A stretch of 64,000 nucleotides of DNA from Acidimicrobiales bacterium (GTDB lineage: Bacteria > Actinomycetota > Acidimicrobiia > Acidimicrobiales > JAHEJN01). This document shows positions 27,556 to 37,467 of the stretch, one piece after another (the first letter of the stretch is position 1; each line of letters begins with the position of its first letter). The translations under genes and the position numbers were made by a program. The stretch covers positions 10,946 to 74,945 of the forward strand of contig JAHEJN010000006.1 in the NCBI GenBank assembly GCA_024638845.1, read 5' to 3'. The notes under the pieces were generated by a model. The model saw only the letters and a list, made by a program, of their open reading frames with translations, ran no database searches and was not told the origin of the DNA.

Positions 27556-29139
27556 ATGCCTGTCCCCCCATCGCTCATCAACGGTCAAGCCGAACGACGC
27601 CGTACCTTCGCGATCATCTCGCACCCCGACGCGGGCAAGACCACCCTGACCGAGAAGTTCCTGCTCTACTCGGGAGCGGTGAATGCGGCGGGCTCGGTGA
27701 AGGCTCGGTCCGGTGGCCGTTCGGCCCGTTCCGACTGGATGACGATGGAGCAGGAGCGAGGCATCTCGATCGCCTCGACCGTGCTCCAGTTCGGCTACCG
27801 CGACCACGTGGTGAACCTTCTCGACACCCCCGGCCACCGTGACTTCTCCGAGGACACCTATCGAGTTCTGGCTGCAGCCGACGCCGCAGTGATGGTGCTC
27901 GACACCGCCAAGGGCATCGAACCACAGACGCTCAAGCTGTTCGAAGTGTGTCGGGCCCGTAACATGCCGGTGCTCACGCTGCTCAACAAGTTCGACCGCC
28001 CCGGGCTCGATCCCCTCGAGCTGCTCGATCAGATCGAGGACCAGATCGATCTGCGCCCGACGCCGATCACCTGGCCAGTCGGTATCCCCGGCGACTTCCG
28101 CGGTGTCATCGACCGACGCAGCGGCGACTTCATCCGTTTCACCCGGACCGCACGCGGGTCGACAGCCGCCCCCGAAGAGCTGGTGCCCGGCGATCGGGCT
28201 GCCGCCGAAGAGGGTGGCTCGTGGGAGACGGCCATCGAGGAGGTGGCCCTGCTCGACGAGGTCGGCGCCACCCACGACGACGCCACCTTCCGTAGCGGGA
28301 AGACGAGCCCGTTGTTCGTCGGTTCGGCGTTGACCAACTTCGGCGTGCGACATCTCCTCGACGGCGTGATCGATCTGGCGCCCGCTCCCGAAGAGCGGCT
28401 CACCGCCGAGGGCGATCTTCGCGACATCGATGCGCCGTTCTCGGGGTTCGTGTTCAAGGTCCAGGCCAACATGGACAAGTCGCATCGCGACCGCGTGGCC
28501 TTCGTGCGCGTGAACTCGGGCCATTTCGAGCGGGGCATGACCGTCACCCATGGCCCCTCGGGCAAGCCCTTCTCCACCAAGTACGCCGCGAGCGTGTTCG
28601 GCGACGAGCGCGAAACCATCGACGACGCCTATCCGGGCGACATCGTCGGTCTGGTGAACGCCAGCGGTCTCCAGATAGGCGACACGCTGTACGTCGACGG
28701 TTGCGTCGAGTTCCCGCCCATCCCGCGCTTCGAACCCGAGGTGTTCTCGATCGCTCGCCCCAAGGACGTCTCGCGTTTCAAGCAGTTCCGTCGCGGCTTG
28801 AGCCAACTCGAGCAGGAGGGGGTCGTGCAGGTGTTGCGCGACGAGCAATCGGGCGACGTCTCGCCGGTGTTGGCCGCCGTCGGTGTGATGCAGTTCGAGG
28901 TGTTCGCCCACCGGCTCGAGAACGAGTTCGGTGCCATCGTGGAGCTCTCACCGACGGCCTACACCGTGGCCCGCCGCACCGATGCCGCCACCGCCGAGAG
29001 GCTGAAGAACATCGGCGCGGTACGAGTCATGAGCTCGGACGACGGCAGCTTGTTCGCCCTCTTCGAGAGCATCTACCGACTCCAGCGGCTCCAGAACGAG
29101 AACCCCGACTGGTGCCTCGAACGGATCGTTCCGTCCTGA
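27556..29139 (+). CDS. prfC: Peptide chain release factor 3
   Basis: RRTFAIISHPDAGKTTLTEK, DTPGHRDF, NKFDR. Start trimmed to MPVPPSLING. Confidence 0.93.
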   Translation: MPVPPSLINGQAERRRTFAIISHPDAGKTTLTEKFLLYSGAVNAAGSVKARSGGRSARSDWMTMEQERGISIASTVLQFGYRDHVVNLLDTPGHRDFSEDTYRVLAAADAAVMVLDTAKGIEPQTLKLFEVCRARNMPVLTLLNKFDRPGLDPLELLDQIEDQIDLRPTPITWPVGIPGDFRGVIDRRSGDFIRFTRTARGSTAAPEELVPGDRAAAEEGGSWETAIEEVALLDEVGATHDDATFRSGKTSPLFVGSALTNFGVRHLLDGVIDLAPAPEERLTAEGDLRDIDAPFSGFVFKVQANMDKSHRDRVAFVRVNSGHFERGMTVTHGPSGKPFSTKYAASVFGDERETIDDAYPGDIVGLVNASGLQIGDTLYVDGCVEFPPIPRFEPEVFSIARPKDVSRFKQFRRGLSQLEQEGVVQVLRDEQSGDVSPVLAAVGVMQFEVFAHRLENEFGAIVELSPTAYTVARRTDAATAERLKNIGAVRVMSSDDGSLFALFESIYRLQRLQNENPDWCLERIVPS

Positions 29140-29285
29140 TACACCCTGTCGGTCCTCCGGTCAGGCGATGCACTCCCACGTTGCGAACATGTTGGGCGGG
29201 TCGAATCCATGGCGGGCACTCTCGACGCCGTCGGCCAGACCGTCGCGGCCACACGGCTGGGGCCACACGACTAGGGTGACGCGCC

Positions 29286-30326
29286 ATGAGCGATCAGGGT
29301 TCCGCCGACCTGGCCCCGCGGGTGGAGTACTACGACGTCGACCGGTTCTGGAACGATCTGCCCGCCGTCGTCGGCCATGAGACTCGGCGCGGACCGGGCG
29401 AGCCCGACGAATGGTGGACCTTCTACCTGAAGCGGGTCTACTGCACGCCACCCCGGAAGCGAGCGCTGGTGATCGGGTGCGGGAACGGATGGGTCGAGCG
29501 CCACCTGGCCGACATCGACGTCGCCGAGCACTTCGATGCCTTCGACGTCGACCCCGCCTACGTGGCGGCATGTGAGCAAGAGCGCGGCGATCGGCCCATC
29601 AGCTACTTCGAGAGCGACTTCCGGAGCTTCGTGGCCACCGAGAAGTACGACCTCATCGTCAACCACGCCGCGATGCATCACGCCCAGTACCTCTACCGCC
29701 TCACCGATCAGCTGGCGAAGGCGCTCACGCCCGACGGGATCTTCGTGCACTGGGAGTACGTGGGACCCGACCGCAACCAGTACGCCGACGGTCACGTTGC
29801 CCACATGGAGGCGGTGAACCGGGCCATGCCCGAACGTTTCCACTCGTCGTCTCGGCTGCGGCCGTTCCTCAGCGCCGCCATTACCGGCGACCCGACCGAG
29901 GCCGTGCACGCGAGCGAGATCGTGCGGGCGATCGAGCAGTACTTCTCGGTGCTCGAACGCCACGACATCGGCGGCGGCCTGGCCTACCAGATGCTCTGGA
30001 ACAACATCGCCGAGTTCGAGGATCCCGCCGACGAAGAGGCGACCGAGGTGCTTGCCGCGCTCCTCGACCAGGACGCCCGTGAGACCGACGACGGCACGGT
30101 GCCGGTGTTGTTCAGCTTCATCGTGGCCGGTCACCGACCCGACGCCGGCGCCTCGTTGACCGCCCGATTCGATCGTCTGATCCGCGAGCCCGCGCGCGAG
30201 GCCCTGGCCCGCCGGATGAAGAACCTCTACCTCGGGCAGATCACGCGCTGGGTCCGTCGCCATCACCTCTGGGATCCGCGGCGCTGGACCCGAAAGGGCA
30301 GGATGCGTCACCCGATCACGAACTGA
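29286..30326 (+). CDS. Class I SAM-dependent methyltransferase
   Basis: Motif I LVIGCGNGW, then DLIVNHAAMHH. Confidence 0.75.
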   Translation: MSDQGSADLAPRVEYYDVDRFWNDLPAVVGHETRRGPGEPDEWWTFYLKRVYCTPPRKRALVIGCGNGWVERHLADIDVAEHFDAFDVDPAYVAACEQERGDRPISYFESDFRSFVATEKYDLIVNHAAMHHAQYLYRLTDQLAKALTPDGIFVHWEYVGPDRNQYADGHVAHMEAVNRAMPERFHSSSRLRPFLSAAITGDPTEAVHASEIVRAIEQYFSVLERHDIGGGLAYQMLWNNIAEFEDPADEEATEVLAALLDQDARETDDGTVPVLFSFIVAGHRPDAGASLTARFDRLIREPAREALARRMKNLYLGQITRWVRRHHLWDPRRWTRKGRMRHPITN

Positions 30327-30373
30327 GCCCGCGGCCGTTGGCGGCCGCGGCGGCCGGTACACTCGTCTCCCTC

Positions 30374-33100
30374 ATGGGTGTTCTCAAGAAAGTTCTCCGA
30401 ACCGGCGAGGGCAAGAAGCTGCGAGCGCTGTCCAGCCTGGTGCCCGACATCAACGCGCTCGAGCCCGAGATGCATGCGCTCTCCGACGGAGAGCTGCGGG
30501 CCAAAACCGACGAGTTCAAGCTCCGTTTCTCCAACGGCGAGGATCTCCACGACTTGCTGATCGAGTCCTTCGCGGTCGTTCGCGAGGCATCGACGCGCAC
30601 CATCGGCCAGCGGCACTACGACGTGCAGCTCATGGGTGGAGCCGCACTGCATTTCGGCTGGGTCGCCGAGATGAAGACCGGTGAGGGCAAGACCCTCACC
30701 TCGACGCTGCCGATCTATCTCAACGCGCTCGCCGGCGAAGGCGTCCACGTGGTCACGGTGAACGACTACCTCGCTTCTCGCGACGCCGAATGGATGGGAC
30801 AGATCCACGGGTGGCTGGGCCTCAGCATCGGCCTGGTGATCCCCGGCGACAGAGGGTCCGACTTCAAGCGTGAGCAGTACGCCCGCGACATCACCTACGG
30901 AACCAACAACGAGTTCGGCTTCGACTATCTCCGCGACAACATGGCCATGACTCGCGACCGCCAGGTACAGCGGGGCCATCACTACTGCATCGTCGACGAG
31001 ATCGACTCGATCCTGATCGACGAGGCCCGCACGCCGCTGATCATCAGCGGTCGCGTGGCCGACGCCAACCAGACGTACTACAAGTTCGCCAGCATCGTGC
31101 GCGGCCTCAAGCGTGACGTGCACTACGACGTCGACGAAGAGAAGCGACTCGTTGCGCCGACCGAAGAGGGCGTGCATGCCGTCGAGCGGGCACTCGCGGT
31201 CGAGAACCTCTACGACTCGGTCTCGAACAACCTCGTGCACCAGTTCCAGGTGGCCCTGAAGGCCAAAGAGCTCTACAGCCGAGACAAGGACTATCTCGTC
31301 CAGGGCGGCGAGGTGAAGATCGTCGACGAGTTCACCGGTCGCGTGCTCGAGGGCCGCCGCTGGAGCGAAGGCCTTCACCAGGCCGTCGAGGCCAAGGAGG
31401 GGGTGGCGATCAAGGAGGAGAACCAGACGCTCGCCACCATCACCCTCCAGAACTACTTCCGTCTGTACGAGAAGCTCGCGGGCATGACCGGTACCGCCGA
31501 GACCGAGGCGGCCGAGCTGATGAGCACCTACGGACTGTCGGTGGTGCCGATCCCCACCAACGAGCCCCTGGTCCGCCTCGACAACGCCGATCTCGTCTAC
31601 AAGAGCGAGCGGGGGAAGTTCGGCGCCGTCGTCGACGACCTGCTCGAACGTCACCAGAACGGTCAGCCGTGCCTGGTGGGCACGATCTCGGTCGAGAAGT
31701 CCGAGCTGCTCTCGAAAGAGCTCACCAAGCGAGGCGTGCCCCACGAGGTGCTCAACGCCAAGCAGCACACTCGAGAAGCCGAGGTGGTGGCCCAGGCCGG
31801 CCGTCTCGGGCGGGTGACGGTGGCCACCAACATGGCGGGTCGTGGCGTCGACATCATCCTCGGTGGCAACCCCGAGGCACTGGCGATGCGAGACCTGGCG
31901 GCCGAAGAGCTCGACGGCGAGTCCGATGAGAGCGCGGCCCGTCTCGAAGGGCTGCTCGCCAAGCACACCGCCGAATGCGGCGCCGAGGGCGACAAGGTGC
32001 GGGCGTTGGGTGGCCTGTACGTGCTCGGCACCGAGCGCCACGACAGCCGCCGCATCGACAACCAGCTCCGTGGCCGGTCGGGCCGCCAGGGCGATCCTGG
32101 TGAGAGCCGGTTCTACTTGTCGCTCGAAGACGAGCTCATGCGCCTGTTCGCCACGGGCGCCATGAACTGGGTGATGGAGCGGGCCCTGCCCGAAGACGTC
32201 CCCATCGAGTCGAAGATGGTGACCAAAGCGGTCGAACGGGCCCAGACCACCGTCGAGCAGCGAAACGCCGAGGTTCGCAAGAACGTGCTGCAGTACGACG
32301 AGGTCCTCAACGAGCAACGCAAGGTCATCTACCGGCGACGCGACCAGGTCCTCGACGGTGAGGATCTGCGCGACGAAGCGCTCGAGAACCTGGCCGCAGC
32401 CGTCGACTCGACCATCCGTCAGTACTGCGTGAGCGACGTTCCCGACGAGTGGGACCTCGACGGGCTGGCCAACGACGTCAACAACCTGTGGCCCACCTCC
32501 ATCGAGGTCGACGATCTGCTCCACGATGCGACCACCGACGACCTGTACGACCGCTTCATGACCGAGGGCACCGCGTACTACGAAGCCCGGGAGGCCGAGA
32601 TCACCCCCGAGCTCATGCGTCAGGTCGAACGCCAGGTCATGTTGCGGATCCTCGATCAGAAGTGGCGCGAGCACCTGCTCGAGATGGATCACCTCAAGGA
32701 CGGCATCCATCTGCGGGCCATGGGCCAGCGCGACCCGCTGGTCGAGTGGCAGCGTGAGGGCTTCGAGATGTTCGGCTCGATGATGGACTCCGCGGCGCAG
32801 GACTTCGTCCGCTATGTGATGCATCTCCAGGTGAAGCAGAACGATCAGCCGGTGCCCACCGACGATGCCCCCCAGGTCGCCGCCGAGGCGACCAAAGCCG
32901 ATCCCGACGCGGCGAGGACTCGCCGAGGAGCCCAGGCACCGACGGCGGCTGCGCTGGCCGACGATGCGCCGAAGGTCGTAGAGGCGGCCGCCACCGGCCG
33001 GGTGCAGACAGTCGTGAAGGCCGACGAGGAGCGCACACCGAGAAACGCCCCGTGCCCCTGTGGGTCGGGTAAGAAGTACAAGCTCTGTCACGGACGCTGA
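30374..33100 (+). CDS. secA: Preprotein translocase ATPase SecA
   Basis: MGVLKKVLRTGEGKKL..., AEMKTGEGKTL, IVDEIDSILIDEARTPLIISG, TNMAGRGVDI, and a C-terminal Zn finger CPCGSGKKYKLCHG. Confidence 0.97.
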   Translation: MGVLKKVLRTGEGKKLRALSSLVPDINALEPEMHALSDGELRAKTDEFKLRFSNGEDLHDLLIESFAVVREASTRTIGQRHYDVQLMGGAALHFGWVAEMKTGEGKTLTSTLPIYLNALAGEGVHVVTVNDYLASRDAEWMGQIHGWLGLSIGLVIPGDRGSDFKREQYARDITYGTNNEFGFDYLRDNMAMTRDRQVQRGHHYCIVDEIDSILIDEARTPLIISGRVADANQTYYKFASIVRGLKRDVHYDVDEEKRLVAPTEEGVHAVERALAVENLYDSVSNNLVHQFQVALKAKELYSRDKDYLVQGGEVKIVDEFTGRVLEGRRWSEGLHQAVEAKEGVAIKEENQTLATITLQNYFRLYEKLAGMTGTAETEAAELMSTYGLSVVPIPTNEPLVRLDNADLVYKSERGKFGAVVDDLLERHQNGQPCLVGTISVEKSELLSKELTKRGVPHEVLNAKQHTREAEVVAQAGRLGRVTVATNMAGRGVDIILGGNPEALAMRDLAAEELDGESDESAARLEGLLAKHTAECGAEGDKVRALGGLYVLGTERHDSRRIDNQLRGRSGRQGDPGESRFYLSLEDELMRLFATGAMNWVMERALPEDVPIESKMVTKAVERAQTTVEQRNAEVRKNVLQYDEVLNEQRKVIYRRRDQVLDGEDLRDEALENLAAAVDSTIRQYCVSDVPDEWDLDGLANDVNNLWPTSIEVDDLLHDATTDDLYDRFMTEGTAYYEAREAEITPELMRQVERQVMLRILDQKWREHLLEMDHLKDGIHLRAMGQRDPLVEWQREGFEMFGSMMDSAAQDFVRYVMHLQVKQNDQPVPTDDAPQVAAEATKADPDAARTRRGAQAPTAAALADDAPKVVEAAATGRVQTVVKADEERTPRNAPCPCGSGKKYKLCHGR

Positions 33101-33121
33101 GCGTTCGCCCACCCGAGGTCA

Positions 33122-34237
33122 ATGGTGAAGGATTTCAGCGAAGAAATCGCCGCGCTCCGCTCGCGCCACGCCGATGCGGCGAACTACTTGAAGATCGACG
33201 ACCTGAGGGCCCGTCAGCCCGAGCTCGAACACACGTCCGCGGAGCCGGGACTGTGGGACGACCCCGACCGGGCCAAGAGGATCACCGGTGAGCTGGCGGC
33301 CATCACCGAGGATCTCGAGGTGTTCGACTCGCTCACCACCGACGTCGACGACGCCTCCACGCTCTACGAGATGGCCCGTGAAGAGGCCGACGAGTCGCTC
33401 GAGGCCGAGATCGCCGAGGCGATCGCCGCCACCGCCGCCCGTTTCGACCATCTCGAGCTGCGGTCACTGTTCACCGGTGAGCACGACGACAGCGACGCGG
33501 TCTGTCACATCCAGGCGGGAGAGGGCGGTACCGACGCCCAGGACTGGGCCGAGATGCTGCTGCGCATGTACACCCGATGGGCCGAGCAGAACGGGCTGAT
33601 CGTCGAGATCGAGGCGGTGAGCGAAGGTGCCGAGGCCGGGCTCACGTCGTGTGAGTTCATGATCAAGGGCAGGAATGCCTACGGGCTGTTGCGCAGCGAG
33701 CACGGCGTGCACCGCCTCGTGCGGATCTCGCCGTTCAACAAGGAGGCCAAGCGCCAGACGGCCTTCGCCTCGATGCACGTGGTGCCCTTCTTCGACGCGG
33801 TCGCCAACGAGGTCGACATCGACGAGACGGAGCTGCGCATCGACACGTATCGGTCGTCGGGCGCGGGCGGTCAGCACGTGAACGTCACCGACTCGGCGGT
33901 ACGCATCACCCATTTGCCGACGGGCATCGTCGTGAGCTGTCAGAACGAACGCAGCCAGCACCAGAACAAGGATCGTGCGATGCAGATGCTCGCGGCCCGG
34001 CTGCTCGATCTGGAACGCCAGAAGCGCGAGGACGAGCTGGCAGGTATCGCCGGTGAGTCAAAGCGGGTCGGCTTCGGAAGCCAGATCCGCTCCTATGTCC
34101 TGCAGCCGTACCAGATGGTCAAGGATCTCCGCACCGAGCACGAGACGGGAAACGTCGACGGCGTCCTGGCCGGCGATGTCGGTCCGTTCATGGAGGCGTA
34201 CCTGCAGTGGCAACGCGGCGAGCGCACCGACGCCTGA
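33122..34237 (+). CDS. prfB: Peptide chain release factor 2 (single uninterrupted ORF)
   Basis: SPF tripeptide (RISPFN) and GGQ (SSGAGGQHVN). There is no in-frame UGA near codon 25. Confidence 0.95.
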   Translation: MVKDFSEEIAALRSRHADAANYLKIDDLRARQPELEHTSAEPGLWDDPDRAKRITGELAAITEDLEVFDSLTTDVDDASTLYEMAREEADESLEAEIAEAIAATAARFDHLELRSLFTGEHDDSDAVCHIQAGEGGTDAQDWAEMLLRMYTRWAEQNGLIVEIEAVSEGAEAGLTSCEFMIKGRNAYGLLRSEHGVHRLVRISPFNKEAKRQTAFASMHVVPFFDAVANEVDIDETELRIDTYRSSGAGGQHVNVTDSAVRITHLPTGIVVSCQNERSQHQNKDRAMQMLAARLLDLERQKREDELAGIAGESKRVGFGSQIRSYVLQPYQMVKDLRTEHETGNVDGVLAGDVGPFMEAYLQWQRGERTDA

Positions 34238-34333
34238 TGGTGCCACCGACCCGCGAAGTGCCACTGGTAACGTGTTCGTGATGTTCGCTGCCCCCCTGAG
34301 AGTCGCGGCGCCTTCGGGCGCTGCCCACTGCCC

Positions 34334-35011
34334 ATGATCAAACTCGAGAATGTGACCAAGGCCTACAAGGGCGAGGTCCTCGCGCTGCACGAGGCCTCCT
34401 GTGAGATCAACAAGGGCGAGTTCGTGTTCCTCGTCGGACCTTCGGGCTCGGGGAAGAGCACCTTCATCCGCCTGCTCAACAAGGAGGAGCAGCCCGACAA
34501 GGGGCGCATCTTCGTGGCGGGCAAGGACATCGGGACGCTCAGCAGCTGGAAGGTGCCGTACCTGCGGCGCAACATCGGCTGCATCTTCCAGGACTTCAAG
34601 CTGCTGCCCAACAAGACCGTCGGTCAGAACGTGGCCTTCGCCCTCGAGGTGATCGGCCGGCCGAACCACGTGGTGCGCAACCAGGTACCGGCCATCCTCG
34701 AGCTCGTTGGCCTCTCGAAGAAGATGAACAACCTGCCTCACGAGCTCTCCGGTGGTGAGCAGCAGCGGGTGTCCATCGCCCGTGCGTTCGTGAACCGGCC
34801 GCTGATCCTGCTCGCCGACGAGCCCACCGGCAACCTCGACCCGGCTACCTCGGTTGGCATCATGCGCTTGCTCGATCGCATCAACCGCACCGGGACGACG
34901 GTGGTCATGGCCACCCACGACCGGGGAATCGTCGACACCATGCGGCGCCGCGTGGTCGAGCTCGACCGCGGCACCATCGTGCGCGACCAGGCCCGCGGGG
35001 TGTACGAGTAG
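34334..35011 (+). CDS. ftsE: Cell-division ABC transporter ATP-binding protein FtsE
   Basis: [29 protein letters not shown]. Confidence 0.95.
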   Translation: MIKLENVTKAYKGEVLALHEASCEINKGEFVFLVGPSGSGKSTFIRLLNKEEQPDKGRIFVAGKDIGTLSSWKVPYLRRNIGCIFQDFKLLPNKTVGQNVAFALEVIGRPNHVVRNQVPAILELVGLSKKMNNLPHELSGGEQQRVSIARAFVNRPLILLADEPTGNLDPATSVGIMRLLDRINRTGTTVVMATHDRGIVDTMRRRVVELDRGTIVRDQARGVYE

Positions 35012-35013
35012 CC

Positions 35014-35910
35014 ATGGCGATGAAGGCCAACTACCTGTTCCGGGAAACCGGTTCGAACCTGCGTCGCAACATCACCCTCACGTTGGCGTCGATCGTCACC
35101 GTCGCGGTGTCGCTCGCCCTGTTCGGCATCGCGCTTCTGTTGCGCCAAGGTGTCGACAACGCCACCCAACGATGGGAGGGCGGCATCGAGTTCGTGGTGT
35201 TCATGAACGCCGACGCATCGGCGGCCCAGCTCCAGGCCGTTGCCGACGCACTCGATGCCAGCCCCGAGGTGGCCAAGATCACCTTCTTCGATCAGGACAA
35301 GGCCTTCGAGGAGTTCAAAGACCTGTTCGAGGGCACGCCCGAGCTGATCGAGACGGTGCAACCATCGGACCTTCCCACGTCGTTCCGGGTCGTTCCCTCC
35401 GACACCGACCCTGACGCCGTCGAACAGCTCGCGTCCCGGTTCGAGACCAGTCCAGGCGTACGCGAGGTCGTTTCGGCCCAGGAGACCATCCGCAACATCG
35501 AGAGCCTCACCAACATCGCGAGCTTCATCGTCTTGTTGGGGTCCGTCTTCCTGCTGGCCGCGGCGGCCGCCCTCATCTTCAACACGATCCGGATGGCGAT
35601 GTTCGCCCGACGACGCGAGATCGAAGTGATGAAGCTGGTCGGCGCGACCAACTGGTTCATTCGGCTCCCCTTCATGGTCGAGGGGATGATCCAGGGTCTG
35701 CTGGGAGCCGGCGTGGCCGTGGGCGCGGTCTTCGGTGCCAACTGGGCGCTCGACCGGTACCTGTCGGATCGCAACAGCCTGCAGCTGCTCGAGAGCTTCG
35801 TGGTCGCCACCGAAGACGTCTGGCGGACCAGCTTCCTCTTGTTGGTGATCGGCGTGATCGTCGGCACCCTGGGCTCGGCCATCGCCGTGAGCCGATTCCT
35901 CGACGTCTGA
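35014..35910 (+). CDS. ftsX: Cell-division ABC transporter permease FtsX
   Basis: A TM, a large extracytoplasmic domain, then 3 TM helices. EIEVMKLVGATNWFIRLPF motif. Confidence 0.93.
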   Translation: MAMKANYLFRETGSNLRRNITLTLASIVTVAVSLALFGIALLLRQGVDNATQRWEGGIEFVVFMNADASAAQLQAVADALDASPEVAKITFFDQDKAFEEFKDLFEGTPELIETVQPSDLPTSFRVVPSDTDPDAVEQLASRFETSPGVREVVSAQETIRNIESLTNIASFIVLLGSVFLLAAAAALIFNTIRMAMFARRREIEVMKLVGATNWFIRLPFMVEGMIQGLLGAGVAVGAVFGANWALDRYLSDRNSLQLLESFVVATEDVWRTSFLLLVIGVIVGTLGSAIAVSRFLDV

Positions 35911-36004
35911 TCGGCTCGACCCAGCCTCGCAGCCCTTCGAATACCGGGTCTGGGTGATGCTCCCTAGCGCTCAAGTCTCGCGGCCCACGTGTCGATAGTT
36001 CCGT

Positions 36005-37450
36005 GTGCCTCTTTCCCGGCGTCTTCCCGCTGCCGCGTTCCTCGCCGCGCTCCTCCTGTGGTCGTTCAGCCCCGCCGCGGCCCAGGACCAGCCCTCCGAC
36101 ATCACCGCCGCCCAGGAGGCCGATCCGGCCGACGATCCCGAGACCACCTCGCCGTGTGCGCCGAAACCCGAGCCGGCACCAGATGCTTCGGCCCCCGCTG
36201 ACCCCAACACTCCGGTGCCAGAGGTGCAGGTCGCGCCCGAGCCTGTGGTGCAACGGCCGCCGGATCTTGCCTTCGTCAACGGCCGGTGCATCCCGGTCGC
36301 CGAGCTGAGCCGACTTCTCGCCGGGTACGAAGGAGCGGTCGCCGAGGAGGCCCAGGCGCTCATCGAGCTCCGCGACCAGCTCGACCGAGTCGACCGGCTC
36401 AACGACCAGCTCGACGCCATCGAGCTGTCTCTCGCCCAGGTTTCCCGTCGGGACGCAGCGGCCGAGGCCGAGACGCGCTACGCGAGCATTCGCGAATCGA
36501 TCGCCGGCGAGGAGCTCGTCATCGTTCGCACCGAGCTCGACGCGCAGCGGGTTCGTCTACGTGAGCAGGCGGTGGCCGCCTACGTGAGCGGTGGAAACAC
36601 TGCCGCCGCCGTGCAGGAGACGGTGCTCCAGTCGAACGACCTGAACGAGATCGGATCGCTGCGGGCCTACGGTCGGGTGATCGTCGACGGTCAGGTCGAT
36701 CAGGTGCTGTTGGTTCAGGATCTCGAGGCCGCAGCGGTGGTGCTCGAAGCCGAGCTGGTCGAGGCCCGCCAGGATGCGGCCGACATCGAGGAGCACGTTG
36801 CCGCCATTCGGGTCGCCGCCACCGCCCTGCGCGACGAGCAACGCCGACTCGTCGAAGAAGCTCAGGTCGCGGCCGAGAACCAGGCCCAGCTCGTGTCCTC
36901 GATCCAACAACGCCGCGACCAGTTCGCCGGTCAACTCGGGCTCTCGGGCGCGTCGGGCGGTGGACTGGCGATCACCCTCGCCGGGCTCGGGTCCGGTACC
37001 GCGTCATTGGCCGACGTCGGCACCCTGAGCTCTCCGTTGAGCAACACGGGTGTGTCTTCGGGCTTCGGCCCACGTGTGCATCCGATATTCGCGGAGGTCC
37101 GCATCCACACCGGTCTCGACCTGAACGGGCCGGGCGGCAGTCCGATCTACGCCGCCGCCGCCGGGCGTGTGGTCGTGGCGAGCGAGCAGGGCGGCTACGG
37201 CCTGGCCATTGCCATCGATCACGGTGGAGGTATCTCGACGTTGTACGCCCACCAGAGTGCCTTTGCCGTGTCGGTCGGAACCGAGGTCGACGCGGGCGAC
37301 CTGATCGGCTACGTGGGTTCCACCGGCTTCTCGACCGGTCCTCACCTGCACTTCGAGCTGCGTCTCGACGGGCAGCCGGTCGATCCGCTGCCCTTCATCG
37401 ACCTGCGTGCCGTCGGCGTTCCCGGCGATGGTGCCGCAACGGGGGGCTGA
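36005..37450 (+). CDS. Secreted coiled-coil M23 (LytM-type) metallopeptidase, paralog 1
   Basis: Signal peptide and P/A-rich linker, about 250 aa of heptad-like Ala/Glu/Leu-rich sequence, and a C-terminal HTGLDL (HxxxD) and GPHLHFE (HxH). GTG start. Confidence 0.88.
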   Translation: MPLSRRLPAAAFLAALLLWSFSPAAAQDQPSDITAAQEADPADDPETTSPCAPKPEPAPDASAPADPNTPVPEVQVAPEPVVQRPPDLAFVNGRCIPVAELSRLLAGYEGAVAEEAQALIELRDQLDRVDRLNDQLDAIELSLAQVSRRDAAAEAETRYASIRESIAGEELVIVRTELDAQRVRLREQAVAAYVSGGNTAAAVQETVLQSNDLNEIGSLRAYGRVIVDGQVDQVLLVQDLEAAAVVLEAELVEARQDAADIEEHVAAIRVAATALRDEQRRLVEEAQVAAENQAQLVSSIQQRRDQFAGQLGLSGASGGGLAITLAGLGSGTASLADVGTLSSPLSNTGVSSGFGPRVHPIFAEVRIHTGLDLNGPGGSPIYAAAAGRVVVASEQGGYGLAIAIDHGGGISTLYAHQSAFAVSVGTEVDAGDLIGYVGSTGFSTGPHLHFELRLDGQPVDPLPFIDLRAVGVPGDGAATGG

Positions 37451-37467
37451 CGCTCTAGAGTGGCGCA

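Noticed and set aside
27463-28911. N-terminal 483 aa of track ORF 25930..28911 (minus strand)
   Set aside because: This part is antisense to prfC. The credible GT-C membrane protein starts at the internal Met (27462), after which the sequence becomes hydrophobic and helix-rich.
30308-33112. 934-aa minus-strand ORF spanning the whole secA locus
   Set aside because: It is exactly antisense to an unmistakable secA. Its composition is Gly/Arg/Val/His-rich with no motifs. This is a classic high-GC shadow ORF.
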